64,000 nucleotides of DNA, taken from positions 3,859,986 through 3,923,985 of the forward strand of contig JBLDXI010000029.1 of assembly GCA_047495785.1 (NCBI GenBank). The letters run 5' to 3'. The notes under the pieces were generated by a model. That model worked only from the letters and a program-made list of their open reading frames with translations, did no database searches and was not told the DNA's origin. Both the position numbers and the translations under genes were made by a program. Shown in pieces: positions 47,234 through 60,518 of this stretch; within the stretch, counting starts at the first letter, position 1; every line of letters begins with the position of its first letter. The DNA is from Lepidodermella squamata (lineage: Eukaryota > Animalia > Gastrotricha).

Positions 47234-48576
47234 TCGTGGTAAGTTTCCGCGAAAAAATTGCGAAAAGCAATAAAACTAACACGCGATGGCGTCGGCCTTA
47301 ACGACAATGTTTATCGCGCTTTGAAACAGTAAATAAAAGTGACACTTGACCATTATTTCATCATTATATCCGCGGCGGTGTATATCGCTTTCATATCATC
47401 GGTGCGACTGCTACCTGGTGTATGATGATGATACATGTTGTAATAAAGAAGACAGCAGCCACTTGAGCGGCTTGTTGTTAAATATTTATTTGTGTGTAGT
47501 TCGGCTTTGATTCAAAGCGCGTGTAGTACGAGACTCACTTGTTGGTTGAGCGCTAAAAATGAGCGCTGGCGTAAACAAATTAAGCAGCGCTTTCACAATG
47601 GCACGCGCGCAAAAAACTTCGTGCGCACTGGCAGATGCGCTCAACGCACTCGCGCACAAGAACTGAGCAAATACTAAACCTAGAAATTATTTCAACATAG
47701 GACAGAAAACTATGGGATCAAACCGAGGTAATGGGTTCTCTCTGATCTTATGCGTTGAAAATTTCCACTTTTAATAGGTTTTAATTTGACTCAAGAGCTC
47801 AATTAAATTTAGTAGCTCGAAGATTTCAAGTCTAAATTCAATTCTAGAATTCCCCAAAATTGAGTTTATCGTCATCCAAAATCCTAATAATCTCAATTAT
47901 CATCATTGCTAAGTGTCCATTGGGCAAACAACACAATTGCCTTAAGGCCCCGCGGTTTTTTTGGGCTTTTGCCAAGGGTCCCCATAATTTCTGACTCTCG
48001 TTAGGAATTCCATAGAGCCTTTAAATTCGTCAAACTATGAAGGTCAATTTTCCGGCCCTTCGACCGAGTTTTTGGACCAACACTTGAAAAAATTCTAAAC
48101 TCTCCGACAAAAGCTTAGAAATCTCGCCTGTATTTTGCACAGGTAACATTCGCATTACCAAATGTGTCAATCAAATCCTGCTGAACTTAACGAAGTTCCG
48201 TTAAGACTTAGGTCAGTGTATTTTCGCGCCTGCTACCAATGTGAAAACCAAAATTTTAAAGTTGACAACCAAAATTCAATACTAACGTAAAAGGTTAGGG
48301 AAATTAGTATTTTGGCCATTTTTAGGGATTTGGGACTAATTTTACCGTATTTCCTTGCAAACTGTGGCAGCCAATGAAAAAGCTCGCACATCAAAAAAAG
48401 GAGCGCGAAATCCCTCATCAAACATGACAGTGCCACTAACCGAAAGGGACTGATGATCAGCGAAGCAGGAATAAGAATGTGTATTTTGTTTATTTCGATG
48501 CGCTTAGGACCTAAGCGCATCGATGGATTTCTTCATCACAAGGTCGAAGTGAGAGTCAGCAACTTGGGCACAAAGA

Positions 48577-49895
48577 TTCTCATACTCATACTCATACTCA
48601 TACTCATTTTTATTTGCAAATCGTAATGAACAGTTAGCAAATGGTGAAATCAATGATCAATGAAATCAATGATCAGCAGTATGTGATTTCGAGGCGCCTC
48701 ACCGCATATGTTACATGTTAATCAAATAGAGCAGAATTATGTTTAATATAGTTGCAGAACGCTTGATGAGAATTATTTACGACAACAGAAGACAGACGGT
48801 TCCACGCAGCACGAACACGCCTAGAGAAGCAGAATTTATAGCTTAGGTTATTTCTATACGCGCTCATCTTCACAGAGTGAGGAGGTAGGCGAGGATTCCG
48901 GCAGATTTCAAAGAAATCAGAGAAACCAATGTCAACTAATCCCTGATACATTTTACGCATCAAAATCAAATCATGTTGGAGGCGGCGAACTTCAAGCGTT
49001 GTTAAGCCCAGTTTTTTCAGACGATCTTCGTAAGAGGCACCTTCGACCGATTCGTGGTATGCGCTTCGTTAAACTTTTCTGTACCGACTCCAGGTCATCG
49101 ATGTCCTGCAGGTTAAACGGCGAATGCACGGCAGGGCAAAAGTCCAGACGGGACAGCGTATATGTCTTATACGCTCTGAATCGGAGAGTTTTAGAAGAGA
49201 AAGACTTCCTTATCATACCGTTGATGCGATGGCATTTGGCGGCGAGAGACTGACAGTGTTCTGAAAGCGATAGTTTTGAGTCGATGATAACGCCCAGGTC
49301 CTTCACGGAGTTTACCGTCTGTAGCTCCACACCTTTGATGTCGAATTTAAACGGAAACTCGTTCTTGCCCATTTTCAGAACCACGCATTTCTTCGAATTT
49401 ACAGCTAAACCATTTGTATCGAACCAATTGATAAGCCGATTTAGGTCTTCCAGTAGTTCGGAGCAGTCTGCGAGGCTTCAAATGACCTTGTACAATTTTG
49501 CGCCGTCCGCAAATAATTTCATGATCGAATTCAGAATACACGAGTTCACATCCGATGTGGATATAAGGAACAGTATTGGGCCCAGGACCGAGCCCTGAGG
49601 TACCCCTGATGTCACCGGGGACCATTCCGAATTTTTCGAGTTGACAGTTACGCGAAAGAAGCGATCTGAAAGAAAGGATCTGACCCAGTTGAGAAGCGCA
49701 CCACATACGGTGATGTCAAGAAGCTTTGCTAATAACAACGATATCGGAACAGCCTTGGATAAATCAAGGTAAATAACTACTACGTCAAGAAGCTGGTCTA
49801 GAAATTTTAGCCAGTCATTTGTACAGGAAAGAAGCTGCGTCTCACAACACCTACGCGATAAGAAGCCGAATAGATTTTCTGGTAACAGCCGAATT
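48577..49895 (-). mobile_element. CR1-like LINE, 5'-truncated and frameshifted, with (GAGTAT)n 3' tail
   Basis: RT motifs YLDLSKA, SGVPQGSVLGPILF, FADGAK and VKDLGVIID; AATAAA and a hexamer microsatellite at the 3' end (48577-48614). Confidence 0.9.
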
Positions 49896-51640
49896 GATGA
49901 ATCAGGCAATGAATTCCCAGGATATAACGATTGACATACTTCAGTAATCGCATCACTACTCCTTTCTTGCGACCGGTGAAAGCCCGCGCGCCGTCAGTTG
50001 TAGCTGAGACTAGCAGCTCTTTCAGCTCGGATATAAGGCCAGCATCAGAAAAAGCCTGGATAAGCGCATTGAAAATAGTTTGCCTACACGTGTCACCGTG
50101 CAAAGCGATAAGATCAAAGTGGTCTTCGACAATTGTGAGGCTCGGTTCTAGAGTCACAATCCTAATCGCTACGCTCAAGCGAGCAACATCTGTTGCATCT
50201 GTCGATTTGTCCATCGCGATACTCGAAGGAAATATCCCTCTAGTCTGGAAAACGTCAGTTGTGTCTCCGCTCTACAAGAATGTCGAAGGTAATGTCGAAA
50301 GTCGAAATTAGCAAATACCGCCCGGTGGCTATTTTGTCACCGCTATGCCGAACCTTCGAGCGTGTCATCGTGGAACAAATGAAGGCGTATCTGACGAGAA
50401 CGGACATCGCAGAAGCCACGCGTCTCCTCCAGCTCGATGTTCAGAAAGTAGCAGACTGGCTCGGAAGCAACAGCTTGATGGTAAACGCCAAGAAATCGCA
50501 ACTAATGGTGATTGGTGCGGAAAGTGAATCAATTACTGAAGTGAGAATCCTTATGAACGACGCTTCTCTCGCGCCTTCTGATAAAATGGAAATTCTCGGC
50601 TTTATCCTCGATCGAAAACTTTTGTTCAAGGAACAGATCGAATCTATTCGCAATCGAGCTCGGCGTGGTCTTTACGCGCTGAGACTTGCAGCAAAATACT
50701 TGGATAGAAAAACCCTGGCAATGATGGCAAATGGTGTAGTCTTCAGCTACTTGGGCTATGCCGACAATGTCATTGCGCAGTCTGCCGACTCGAACCTGAT
50801 ACCGATCCAAAGCATTCAAGATATGGCTGTTCGAACAATAATGAAGTCTCCGAAGAACGCTGATGCAGATGAGTTGAGGAAAAAATTGAATTGGCTACCT
50901 ATGCGAGGCAAACGCGATGTGCACCTGGCGACATTGGTGTGGCGATGTGTGAATGGCGAAGCCCCAGAAAGTCTTGTGAATCTGTTCTCTCGCAAGATGT
51001 TTGACCCTACGCAAAAAATGATGCGTAGTCAGTTCACACAAGCGCTCGTTGTCCCTAATTTAACATCGGCACAGGGTCAAAAGACTTTGGCGTATCGAGG
51101 AGCAATACTATTCAACAATTTGTCGACTGATGCACAAAGTGCTATCTCAGCTAATTGCTGCCGCCAATAAACTTACCTGGAACTGCTGAAAAAACCATTC
51201 GCTTTTTCTAATAATTCAAAAATCATTAAATAATTCACCGGAAACCTGAAACGGAACTGATACCATCCTGGCACTCCTGCACTTCCTTTTTCACTATCGA
51301 GCTTTCTCCCTGGATATCATGCTCATTAAATCAATAAATTAAATACTAAATGCATCAGCGAATCGGATGTGCTCGATAATCTGCTGGAAAATGTCATTCG
51401 ACAGGGATGCGACACGGCGGCAAGCAGTATCGTTAGATAACGGTATAGCTGTAAGGCGGTTGACAATCAACTTCCGTTGCTTATCAGGAAAGTCATCGAA
51501 CATCTTCGCGACAGGTCCCAGAAGAACGTTTCTCAGGAAATCCCCTTCGGCAAACGGTTTTTTCGATCGAACAATAGACCACGAAATATCAAAACTGGCT
51601 CGGCTCAATATCTCAGTTTCTAATTCGGCGAAAAAATGAG
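49895..51640 (-). mobile_element. hAT (Buster/Charlie/GTF2IRD2-like) transposase remnant, split by a LINE
   Basis: KKPFAEG..IPLSNDT..AFSI (51339-51608) rejoins AMDKSTD..TTDGA..HCLIH (49895-50220) once the insert is removed. Confidence 0.88.
50224..51342 (+). mobile_element. LINE fragment (CR1/L2 group) nested in the hAT remnant; RT core deleted
   Basis: PLVWKTSVVSPLYK and YRPVAILSPLCRTFE jump directly to LQLDVQKVADWL...ILGFILD; AATAAA-rich tail; 5-bp TSD ATACT at 50219-50223 and 51343-51347. Confidence 0.88.
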
Positions 51641-52932
51641 TATAGAATAAACAATTGATTGAGCCTAAAAACTGAGCCTGCCAGTTTGAGCCTTTTTCAA
51701 CACCTGCTGATTTTTCTTCAAGTTTGCGGCGAAACGATTGTACTCAGCGGATCTTTCCTCTGAATCCAATTTGAATTAGAAATCAAAGCGAGAATTTTCC
51801 GGTAGTGATGAAAGTGATGAACCAAGGAAATTTGGTCCAACAAATTTGCAGAAACGCTTCGCGGAATCGCGGAAAATTCGCGAAATTTACGGATAATTTT
51901 TCTTTAAATTCGGCCAGGTACTGAATAAAGCTCAGGCATCCTATGCGGTTTGACAGAAAATTAATCAGGTTGTAAATGAGTCGCAAAAACACGTAAACTG
52001 GTTTTAATTATTTTTAGTTTTCTAAAAAGCACGATAAAACTGGGAAAGTAAGCAAAAACAAGCTAATCCTTGTTGTTCAACAATTGAGTAATTACCATCG
52101 TTTACCATCATTTACCATTCGCTTAGCAGTAGTGTAAAAGCGGCTTTCGTGGTTTTGAAATGACTTTGTTTGTTCTAAGTTTGTTCTAAGGTTTTTTCAA
52201 ATAAATACAGGGGGGGTGGTGATCGAAGGTAGTAACAAATAAACAGCCATTTTAGCTAAAAAATCTTGTTTACGATAAAATGGAAGCGAATTTTTGCTCG
52301 TTAAAATAGAGTTGAACTTCATTATTCACGAATTCAAGTTTATTTGCCAATTTCATTGTTACATCACAATAATAACAATGGATGGGAATGACCTAGTTGT
52401 AGACATTGCGTCTTTTGGACATTTCCTTTAAAACAGTTCTATACTGGAAAAACTTGCCAACTCGACTTAAAATATAACATTCAATAATTCGAGAGATAAA
52501 AGTTATTTCTATACGAATTTTTGACGTTTTATCGACCATTTAATGGCACTTTTTCGAGTTGTCGAAAAATAGCTCTGAGGCATGTTTATGATAAAATAAT
52601 TTTCCAGCCAAAATCGCAAGTTGGCCCAATTTTCGCGAATAGATTCCAATTGCATGCTGCATGAATTTTTTAATTCAACGAAATTGATGACGTCACACCG
52701 AGTCACGTGAGCAGCACAAGTCTTATTTGATTATTTCCAAATCCCATGCCAAGCTTTCTTCGAATTTCAATACAGTCAAATGGAACTATTCAACCGAAGA
52801 AGAAATTACGGTCGTCGGTTTGACCCGTTCGCGAGATTTTCAGATTAAGAATTTTCAAGGCGCTATAGATTTTCCAAAGCAGGTGTTCGCTACATCCACG
52901 ATTTGATTCGAGATGACCTGCCTCAGCGAATA

Positions 52933-53340
52933 CCGTGTTTGTTCAAATAATAGCCCATTCACTAATAGTCGCCCATCTCTAACAATCGCCCGGGCACATG
53001 CTTGCTAGGTGTCGCCCGCCCCTATGCGGTCGCGTGTTTTGTGCGGCATGCCCTATGCGGTATAAAAGTCAATAAATTCTTGAGAAACTTGCAGTGGTCA
53101 AGTACTCGCTTAAGCACAGCTTGAGTGACAAGTCACGCGAATTCGGCTGCGATCGAAAAATGGGGCCGAGTTTTGTTTTCAAAGGGTCTGTTGGGTGGCT
53201 CTGACCAAATAAAACAGAAGTAAGCGTCTAACAAATCGTCCATCTCTAATAATCGCCTATCTCTATTAGTAGCCCACTTTTTAGGACATTTTTGGGGGTT
53301 GAAAATGTAATAGCCCGGGCTGCTATTGGAACAAATACGG
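52933..53340. mobile_element. Tc1/mariner-pogo-type MITE
   Basis: TA|CCGTGTTTGTTCAAATAATAGCCC ... GGGCTGCTATTGGAACAAATACGG|TA; internal repeats of TAATAGTCGCCC. Confidence 0.75.
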
Positions 53341-53768
53341 TAACTAATCGAAGGGGGGCAATAACGACCATGGTTCAGGTCCTGATTGGCTTGCGGTTTT
53401 TTGCGGCCGGGACGACTCAGCGTGAAATAGGTGATCCATAGGTGATTTTTTTACTCGTGACATTGACCCTTTGTTCTCTAGATTTCTCTAGATGAACCTT
53501 TGTTCAAGATTTAATTATCTTCAGTCATGAGAGCGTCGTAGTTGTTACTATTTATACATTACATTCATAGGTAATGTCCCTCCACGTAACAATGCGCATC
53601 ATTGTTGAGTAACACAATGTCTCGAGAAAAACAAACAAAAAAGCGTAAAAAACAGTTTGGATAACACACAACTTTGTTTTAAGATAGAAATGAAGTCAAT
53701 TTTTACATAAAAATGAACTACCACATAAATTTATTTTTTACCGGTAAAACAGCTTCGATCACTACCCC

Positions 53769-53866
53769 CAGGGTGTTCGCGTAATAATACTCTTCTAAAA
53801 ATACTTTTTGCATTCATTTTTTAGCTATTTTTAGCTCACCCAGAGTATTATTACGCGAACGCCCTG
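53769..53866. mobile_element. Small MITE with Tc1/mariner-like ends
   Basis: CAGGGTGTTCGCGTAATAATACTC / GAGTATTATTACGCGAACGCCCTG, 24-bp TIR with 1 mismatch. Confidence 0.7.
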
Positions 53867-56156
53867 TAATGAAAATGGCGCCTGAATGCTTGCTGGATAA
53901 ATTGGGCCTGCTGATCAAAAACGACATCAACAACTTTCTTCTTGAAAAGTACGGTCTTACAAAAGAGCAAGTCTTGGAAGGAATCGAGGAGTTCCGAGCA
54001 AAGCACCGGTAACTTCACGATGAATTTATGAAAGCGAAGGACCAACTGGCAGAGAAGACGGATACAGGGACACAGCCGGTTAAACGACTTCAAGAGGCTG
54101 AGATCGAGATTACTACGTTAACTAAGGAGAACGCTAGACGAAGCTTGGTACTATTCGGCCTCGATGGCAAACGAACATTCGAGCTGAAACGACAACTAGA
54201 TAACGAGGGTTTCACTGTTGTCGACGTGATGCCGATGGGTAACCTATTCAAAATGATTTTTATTACTCGCGATCAAGCAGAAAAGGCTCACCGAGCTATG
54301 CATGAGCAAAACATTAAAGTGGAATGGCTCGAAACCAAGCACGACCGCCTGGAGCGCGTGGCAGGAGAAAATTTTATCGCGGATCAGGACGACCCTAGTC
54401 AGTATCGGACGAAGTAAACAAAGATCGCAAACATAAAAAATCAAAGTGCATTTCTGAATTGGGATCTTTATTCGAGTTTATCTGCGGGACGCAAAATTTA
54501 TCTACCAGTAAAAACAAACTTCCGAACATTGCGGAAGAAATGAAAAATGGAAAAATTGCGGTGAGTTTATTTCAGGAATTTGGTAAGAAGGGAAGAGGAG
54601 AGAAACACGTTGATGGGATGACAGTAATATGGTCCGGGGTCGATGCGAGCAGGAAAAGCAGAATAGGAGTGGGTGTGTGTGTGTCTTGGATGATCCAAAC
54701 GTTTTGATCACAGGGTACGAGCTGATAAGTGAGCTCATCATGACGCTAGAACTTGAAGTCGCGGGCAGGAAGATGTTTTTCTTAAATTTATACGCGCCAG
54801 CTTCAGCCGACATTGAAGAATTAGACTTATTCATTGCACAAGCTGAAACAACGCTTGAAAAAATCGAAAATTCTACAACCGACGAAGATATTATCGTTAT
54901 TGCAGGTGATCTAAATGGGGTCGTAGAGCGTTGTGAGAATGGCAACAGTGAAATAGTCGGTAAATTCGGAGGTCTGAGTGGTAACGCTAAAGGGGACAGG
55001 TGGTTCGACTTTGCAAGCAGAAACGGGCTGTATTTTGCAAACACGTTTACCCAAATTGTGGTTACACGTTTTTTCGTAAAGTTGCACCAATCAAGCGCAG
55101 GAAAAAGGTCGAATCCAAGGACTATTTTCGTAGATCCTTTATAGATTATTTTCTTATACCTCAACATCAGAGAGGCGTTGTTGTTGACTGTAAAGTCGTC
55201 GAAGACGCTTGCTTAGGTATAGACCACCACCTAGTTAAAACAAAGTTTGCTGTCAACGGCACAATAACACCGACCTCAAATGAGGAAGTAACACGAATCG
55301 CACACGAAAACTTGCGTAAAAGCAAAAAATAATCTTCGGCTTAAACGAATAATGTCTGAAAAACTCGCGCAAATTGGGCCGAATGACGACTCAGAGGTGA
55401 TTTGGTCGAATTTTAAAACTATTACTGACGAGACAGGTGCAATTTGCGGACGTAAGCGGGTACGAAAGAGGGGCAAGAGAACTCCATGGTATAAAAACAA
55501 GGTGAAAAACAAAGTAAAAGAGAAAAAGAGGAAATATAAATCGTATGCTAAAGCCAGAAAGGAGGCTGAGGAAAAAGGTGACCCAGATAACGACCATGTG
55601 AGACATTTATACGATGTCTATGCAGCATGCCGCGGCGAGGAAAAGAAAATTATCGAGAAGGCAAAACAAGAGGTAAAAGTCGAGATTGCAGACAAATTTT
55701 TCGCGTTGAAAGATAGGCCCCAGGAGGCGCAGCAGCTATTCTGGCGGGTTGTCCAAAACGCGAAGAAAGGGTCCGGCAAGATTGAACAGAGACTAGTCAT
55801 CGAAGGAGAAAACGGCGAAGTGTTAACCGAGCCTGTGGAAGTGGCTGGCCGATGGCGACGACACTTTATGACTGTTGGGGAGGGCGTTGAACTAGTGGAA
55901 ACTGCAAACAACCCAAATGATAAGTCGAACCCCCATTCAGTCATCAACACGAAAACTCGTACGATCAATTATATTACACGCACCGAAATCTCAGCTGCAC
56001 TCAGAAAAGAGAAACAGGGAAAGTCGCCAGGGCTAAATGGAATTCGAAAGGAAATGCTAACCGCTATCGAAGAAGTAGGAATAGAGTGGCTTTATGTTTT
56101 GTTCAATTTGGTCAGAGAAGTATGTCCCTGAAGATTTTCTAAATTTTGTCCTGATA

Positions 56157-57457
56157 CTATACAATATCTGGGAGCTTTGTAGCGGATAGCGGAAAATATT
56201 CGCCTGAAGGCCAGCTATGGAGACCTGAGGCGCAGCCGAAGGTCGGAATAGCGGCCTGAAGGCGAATATTTGACCTATCCGCGTAAAAGCTTCCAGATAT
56301 AGTTGTTATCCGGATCACTATCCCCGACTATCCTCCCGAAACACCCAATTTTCGTTACAATAGAGGTACCGTCTCAGCCGAAATTATCGAAAATAACGAA
56401 ATTAAAAAATCCAACTTAAAATTGTGCATTAAAGTTGCAAAAGCGAATGATTTTCAAACGCTAATCATTTTTCCCTTTTTCGCTGCGATTTGAAAATGCT
56501 TTTTTCACGCCCGTCCGCATCAGCATGGATCGCATCAATTTCGGGCAAAACGTACAGCCTATCTCTCGAATTTGACCTATCCGCGTAAAAGCTTCCAGAT
56601 ATAGTTGTTATCCGGATCACTATCCCCGACTATCCTCCCGAAACACCCAATTTTCGTTACAATAGAGGTACCATCTCAGCCGAAATTATCGAAAATAACG
56701 AAATTAAAAAATCCAACTTAAAATTGTGCATCAAAGTTGCAAAAGCGAATGATTTTCAAACGCTAATCATTTTTCCCTTTTTCGCTGCGATTTGAAAATG
56801 CTTTTTTCACGCCCGTCCGCATCAGCATGGATCGCATCAATTTCGGGCAAAACGTACAGCCTATCTCTCGAATCGCGAGTTCAGCCGTTCAATCTTAGAA
56901 GCCAGGCTGCTAATACGCAAGAAGAATTCCCAGTCAACCAGCCAGTCACCCAGCGATGATGGCAGCGAAACGGTGTCGGCTGGCGACTTGTTTGCTGTAA
57001 CATCCTCTCTTGGCGCCACTCCGATTCTCGAGTTGATCTGAGTCCACCCCAGAGCAAGATCGAGCGCAAGTTGCGGCTGGCTCAAGTCTCTAAGCAATCG
57101 GCGATGATTCTCGGCTACGGTGGATTTTCTGTTTAATCGAACGTGATCCAACGGCCAAAACGTCTCGGCCCGCTTGTTCCCGTGCCTTTGCACCATTCCT
57201 TAAATTTTGTTAATTTTCTCGCCATTACCGAATAATAAAATGTAGGGGGTCGCGGGGGTTTCGGCGCCTCAGTATTTCGTGACTTTTGTTTCCGTGCTCA
57301 AACAAATCGAAAATAGGGGTGAATTCTGCCAAAATTTCGAGCCATGACTTGGGTTTAAATCAGCCCGGATAGCATGATATCCTGGCTCAAACAGCCCGGA
57401 ATAGCAGGAAATATTCCGGGCTGTTTTACGGCGTATTTTCCACTATGATCCGGATAA
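56157..57457. mobile_element. Unclassified non-coding element inserted in the RTE ORF2
   Basis: Removal restores PEDFLNFVLI-TIPKKGD. Flanked by short GATA direct repeats; long left-end hairpin; internal 2 x 302-bp duplication. Confidence 0.8.
56268..56872. repeat. 302-bp tandem duplication
   Basis: TGACCTATCCGCG at 56271 and 56573; two substitutions noticed between the copies. Confidence 0.95.
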
Positions 57458-60129
57458 CGATTCCTAAAAAAGGCGACCTCAAAAAATTTGGAAACTATCG
57501 GGGTATTAGCCTAATCAGCATTATAGCCAAATGCTATGCTCGTATCCTGGAAGGAAAACTCCGAGATGAAGTTGCGAAAATCCTTGAAGACAACCAGCAC
57601 GGTTTTATGAGGAATAAGGGCATTGGCGACTGCACGTTGAAGCATGTTGAAGCAGTTAATTGAGAAAGTTGTTGAGTTTGATCAATTATTTTTTATCACT
57701 TTTATGGACCTCGAGAAGGCAATCGATTTATTAAACAGGGAAGAGGTATGGAAAGCATTAGAAGATCTTGGCGTGGGAAAAGACCTTGTCGAAAATATAA
57801 AGGCGTTATATCGCGAGAGCATAGCAATAGTACGAGTGGGAGGTCAGGCATGTGAACCTTTCAGGGTCACAAAAGGCTTACGACAAGGCTGCCCTCTTTC
57901 TCCCTTACTGTTTATCTGTGTCTTCAATGTCGTATGCAAGAAGGTGAAGTTGGAGAAATGTGGGATACCATTGACCGACGAGGAATGGCTAAACATTCTA
58001 GCATTCGCGGATGATACGGGACTTGTAGCCATGGAACGAAACGAAATGCATCACTTAATAGACATTTTTGTTGAAGCCTGCCAGATTTTGGGCCTGAAAA
58101 TTAATGTACCGAAAACTAAGTTCATGGTAGTAAATAAGAAGGAAACACCGTAGAGCCTTTTACTATATATAGTGAGCAACTGGAGGAGGTTAGTAGTTTT
58201 ATCTATCTTGGCAGTGTAATAACCGCGGACGGGACGTCAAAAGCCGATATCCAAGCTAGAATTGAAAAAAGTTGTAGGGCATTTGGCGCACTCAAAAAAT
58301 ATGTCTTTGGAAACAAATCCATTCCTGTCAGTGTGAAAATGAAATGCCTGCTAGGAACAATAGGTCAAAATTGGGCCATGACAAGCGAAGACGAACGTCG
58401 ACTAAATGTCAGTCAAATGAGATGGCTTAGGAATATTTGTGGTATTACAATTAGGGAAAAGGTGGGAAATGACGTGATTAGGACGCGATGTGGAACTGAA
58501 CAACTATCGAACAAATTAGCGAGACAGCAATTAAGATGGTACGGCCATGTGGCTCGCATGGACCCCGGACGCCTAACACGCAAGGTTCGAGACTGGGAGG
58601 TCCCTGAAGGATGGAAACGTCCTAAGGGAAGACCTAAATTAAGGTGGACAGACTGTGTTAGGAAAAATTTGGGACGGTTGGGTATAAAATCTAACGAGGA
58701 GGCGGACAGTCTAGCCCAAAATAGGAGAGAGTGGCGGGCTAAAATTCATAGTTTGGGTCATTTAACTTCTTCGTCTCGGGACTTCGGGGATTTATTTCTT
58801 GATTCTCTATTCAGATGATTTCGGGCTGATTAGGATCGGTCTCCGACTGGTCCTCCTCCGACACGCGCCATGCTTGGCCCGTTACCACAGTAACGGACCC
58901 GGCATGGCGTGTACACCGGAGTGAATTTTATTCTTTAGCACACTCTTGTTGTTTTGTTTTGTTTTGTATCTCTTTTGTAACTGTGCTCAAAGAATAAAGA
59001 AAATGTAATGTAATGAAATGACTTTGATTATGTAACAGAGTGTGTGGATTAGCTGCCACTCATGTCGCGCTGCGAGTCGTCTTGCTTTTTTAGTTCATCA
59101 TCAGCTTTTTTCCATCAGAAATTACAGACAAAATCAACAATTAATTTCAATTTCAATAACTATAAAAATGCGTCAATCTCCTTGAATTGCAGATTTTTCC
59201 TCAGGTCAATTGCTGATCATCTAATTACTTATCTGAATTGCCCTGATTTTCCATTTTTCAGCTTTTTCCCGGCCAGAAAATCTCTTGAAATTTACCAGCA
59301 TTATTAGCATCACTGTTAGAATTATCACGCGTTACTTTCTTCATAAGGAATCACGCGTAGCAACACGCGTTACGTCGCGCACTAGGCGAACGCATTATGC
59401 GCTGAACAGCGATTAGGCGCACCGGCCGCCGCGCCACGATTACTGTTCATCCGTATATTCGCCATATCGTTCATGTTGCGACGTAAGAGACCTCGTTTGG
59501 CAGTACTTTCATGCTGTTGGTAATAAAATACTTGGTACTGGTATAAGCTACTTTGTATTCGTCGGTAATAGCATCATTATTGCGGCGCATCCGATACCGA
59601 GCGGTTGCAACGCCTACCAGAATGCGTACTATTACGCACAAACGCTTCAGACAATTTCTCCGTTATCATGGCTAATTTCTTAAGATCAACCAGATTTATC
59701 CTATTCTTCCTTATTTCACCTTCGTTTCCTTCAAGCGTAGTCTAGGATAATTCTATCGATTTTTCTCAATATCCATAGGGTAAACTCATAGGGTAAAACA
59801 GTTCATTCTCAAGTATACTTTTCTGTTCCTCAGTATAGTCTAGTTGAACCATGAAAATCACCATTAGTTGAAACATGATCAGTCTGCGTTCGAAAGGGCA
59901 TACTTTGTTATTGAGTTTCTCATTCCCTGAGCAAAATGTTATGCAACCCATGCAGTTATCATCACGAAAAATGCATGTCATGGACTAGATGAGCCAATTT
60001 TTCTACTATTCAGCCCCTAAATGCTATGCCAGCATGAGCGTTTGGCCATAACGATATCTCACTGATGACTATTTATTTTATCAGGTGCCCCTCTTACCAA
60101 CCTGTTTGAACAAAATTAATCGTTTAGGG

Positions 60130-60518
60130 CATGAGACGTACTATAGGACGCCGCGGCTTCGAAGCTCCCATTACATGACCCCACGGCTGCGACCCAGTGT
60201 GCATAAATATTCCGTGCATACGATTTAATTTTTAGTCCAGTAATTTCGAAATTTAAAAATTTTTAATAATTGAAATTTTAATTTTTTAAATGTCAATAAT
60301 TAAAAACTGCTGAGAATTCTTTTACAGCAAAAGATCGGCGTGGCGCTGTGTAAAGATGTGTTGATCTCGTTGATCTTAAGCAAAAAAAAGAGGCTTAAGA
60401 TGATTGCAAAAAATGTAATGAGATGATTCATTGGGCGGATTGGACTTTGGACCTCATTAAAAATATCACGCTTTTTCTGATTTTCTGCAAGCCGCGGCGT
60501 CCTATAGTACGTCTCATG
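60130..60518. mobile_element. Young MITE, P- or hAT-superfamily
   Basis: Perfect 30-bp TIR CATGAGACGTACTATAGGACGCCGCGGCTT; 8-bp TSD GTTTAGGG at 60122-60129 and 60519-60526. Confidence 0.93.

Larger units (their letters stand above)
53876..59020 (+). mobile_element. Near full-length, inactivated RTE-type LINE (ORF1 remnant, endonuclease, RT)
   Basis: EN motifs LYAP, AGDLNG, IDYFLI and DHHLV; KSPGLNGI; IPKKGDLKKFGNYRGISL, GLRQGCPLSPLLF, LAFADD; RWYGHVARM..RPKGRPKLRW; 3' UTR hairpin, AATAAA and (AATGT)n tail; several stops and frameshifts. Confidence 0.92.
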
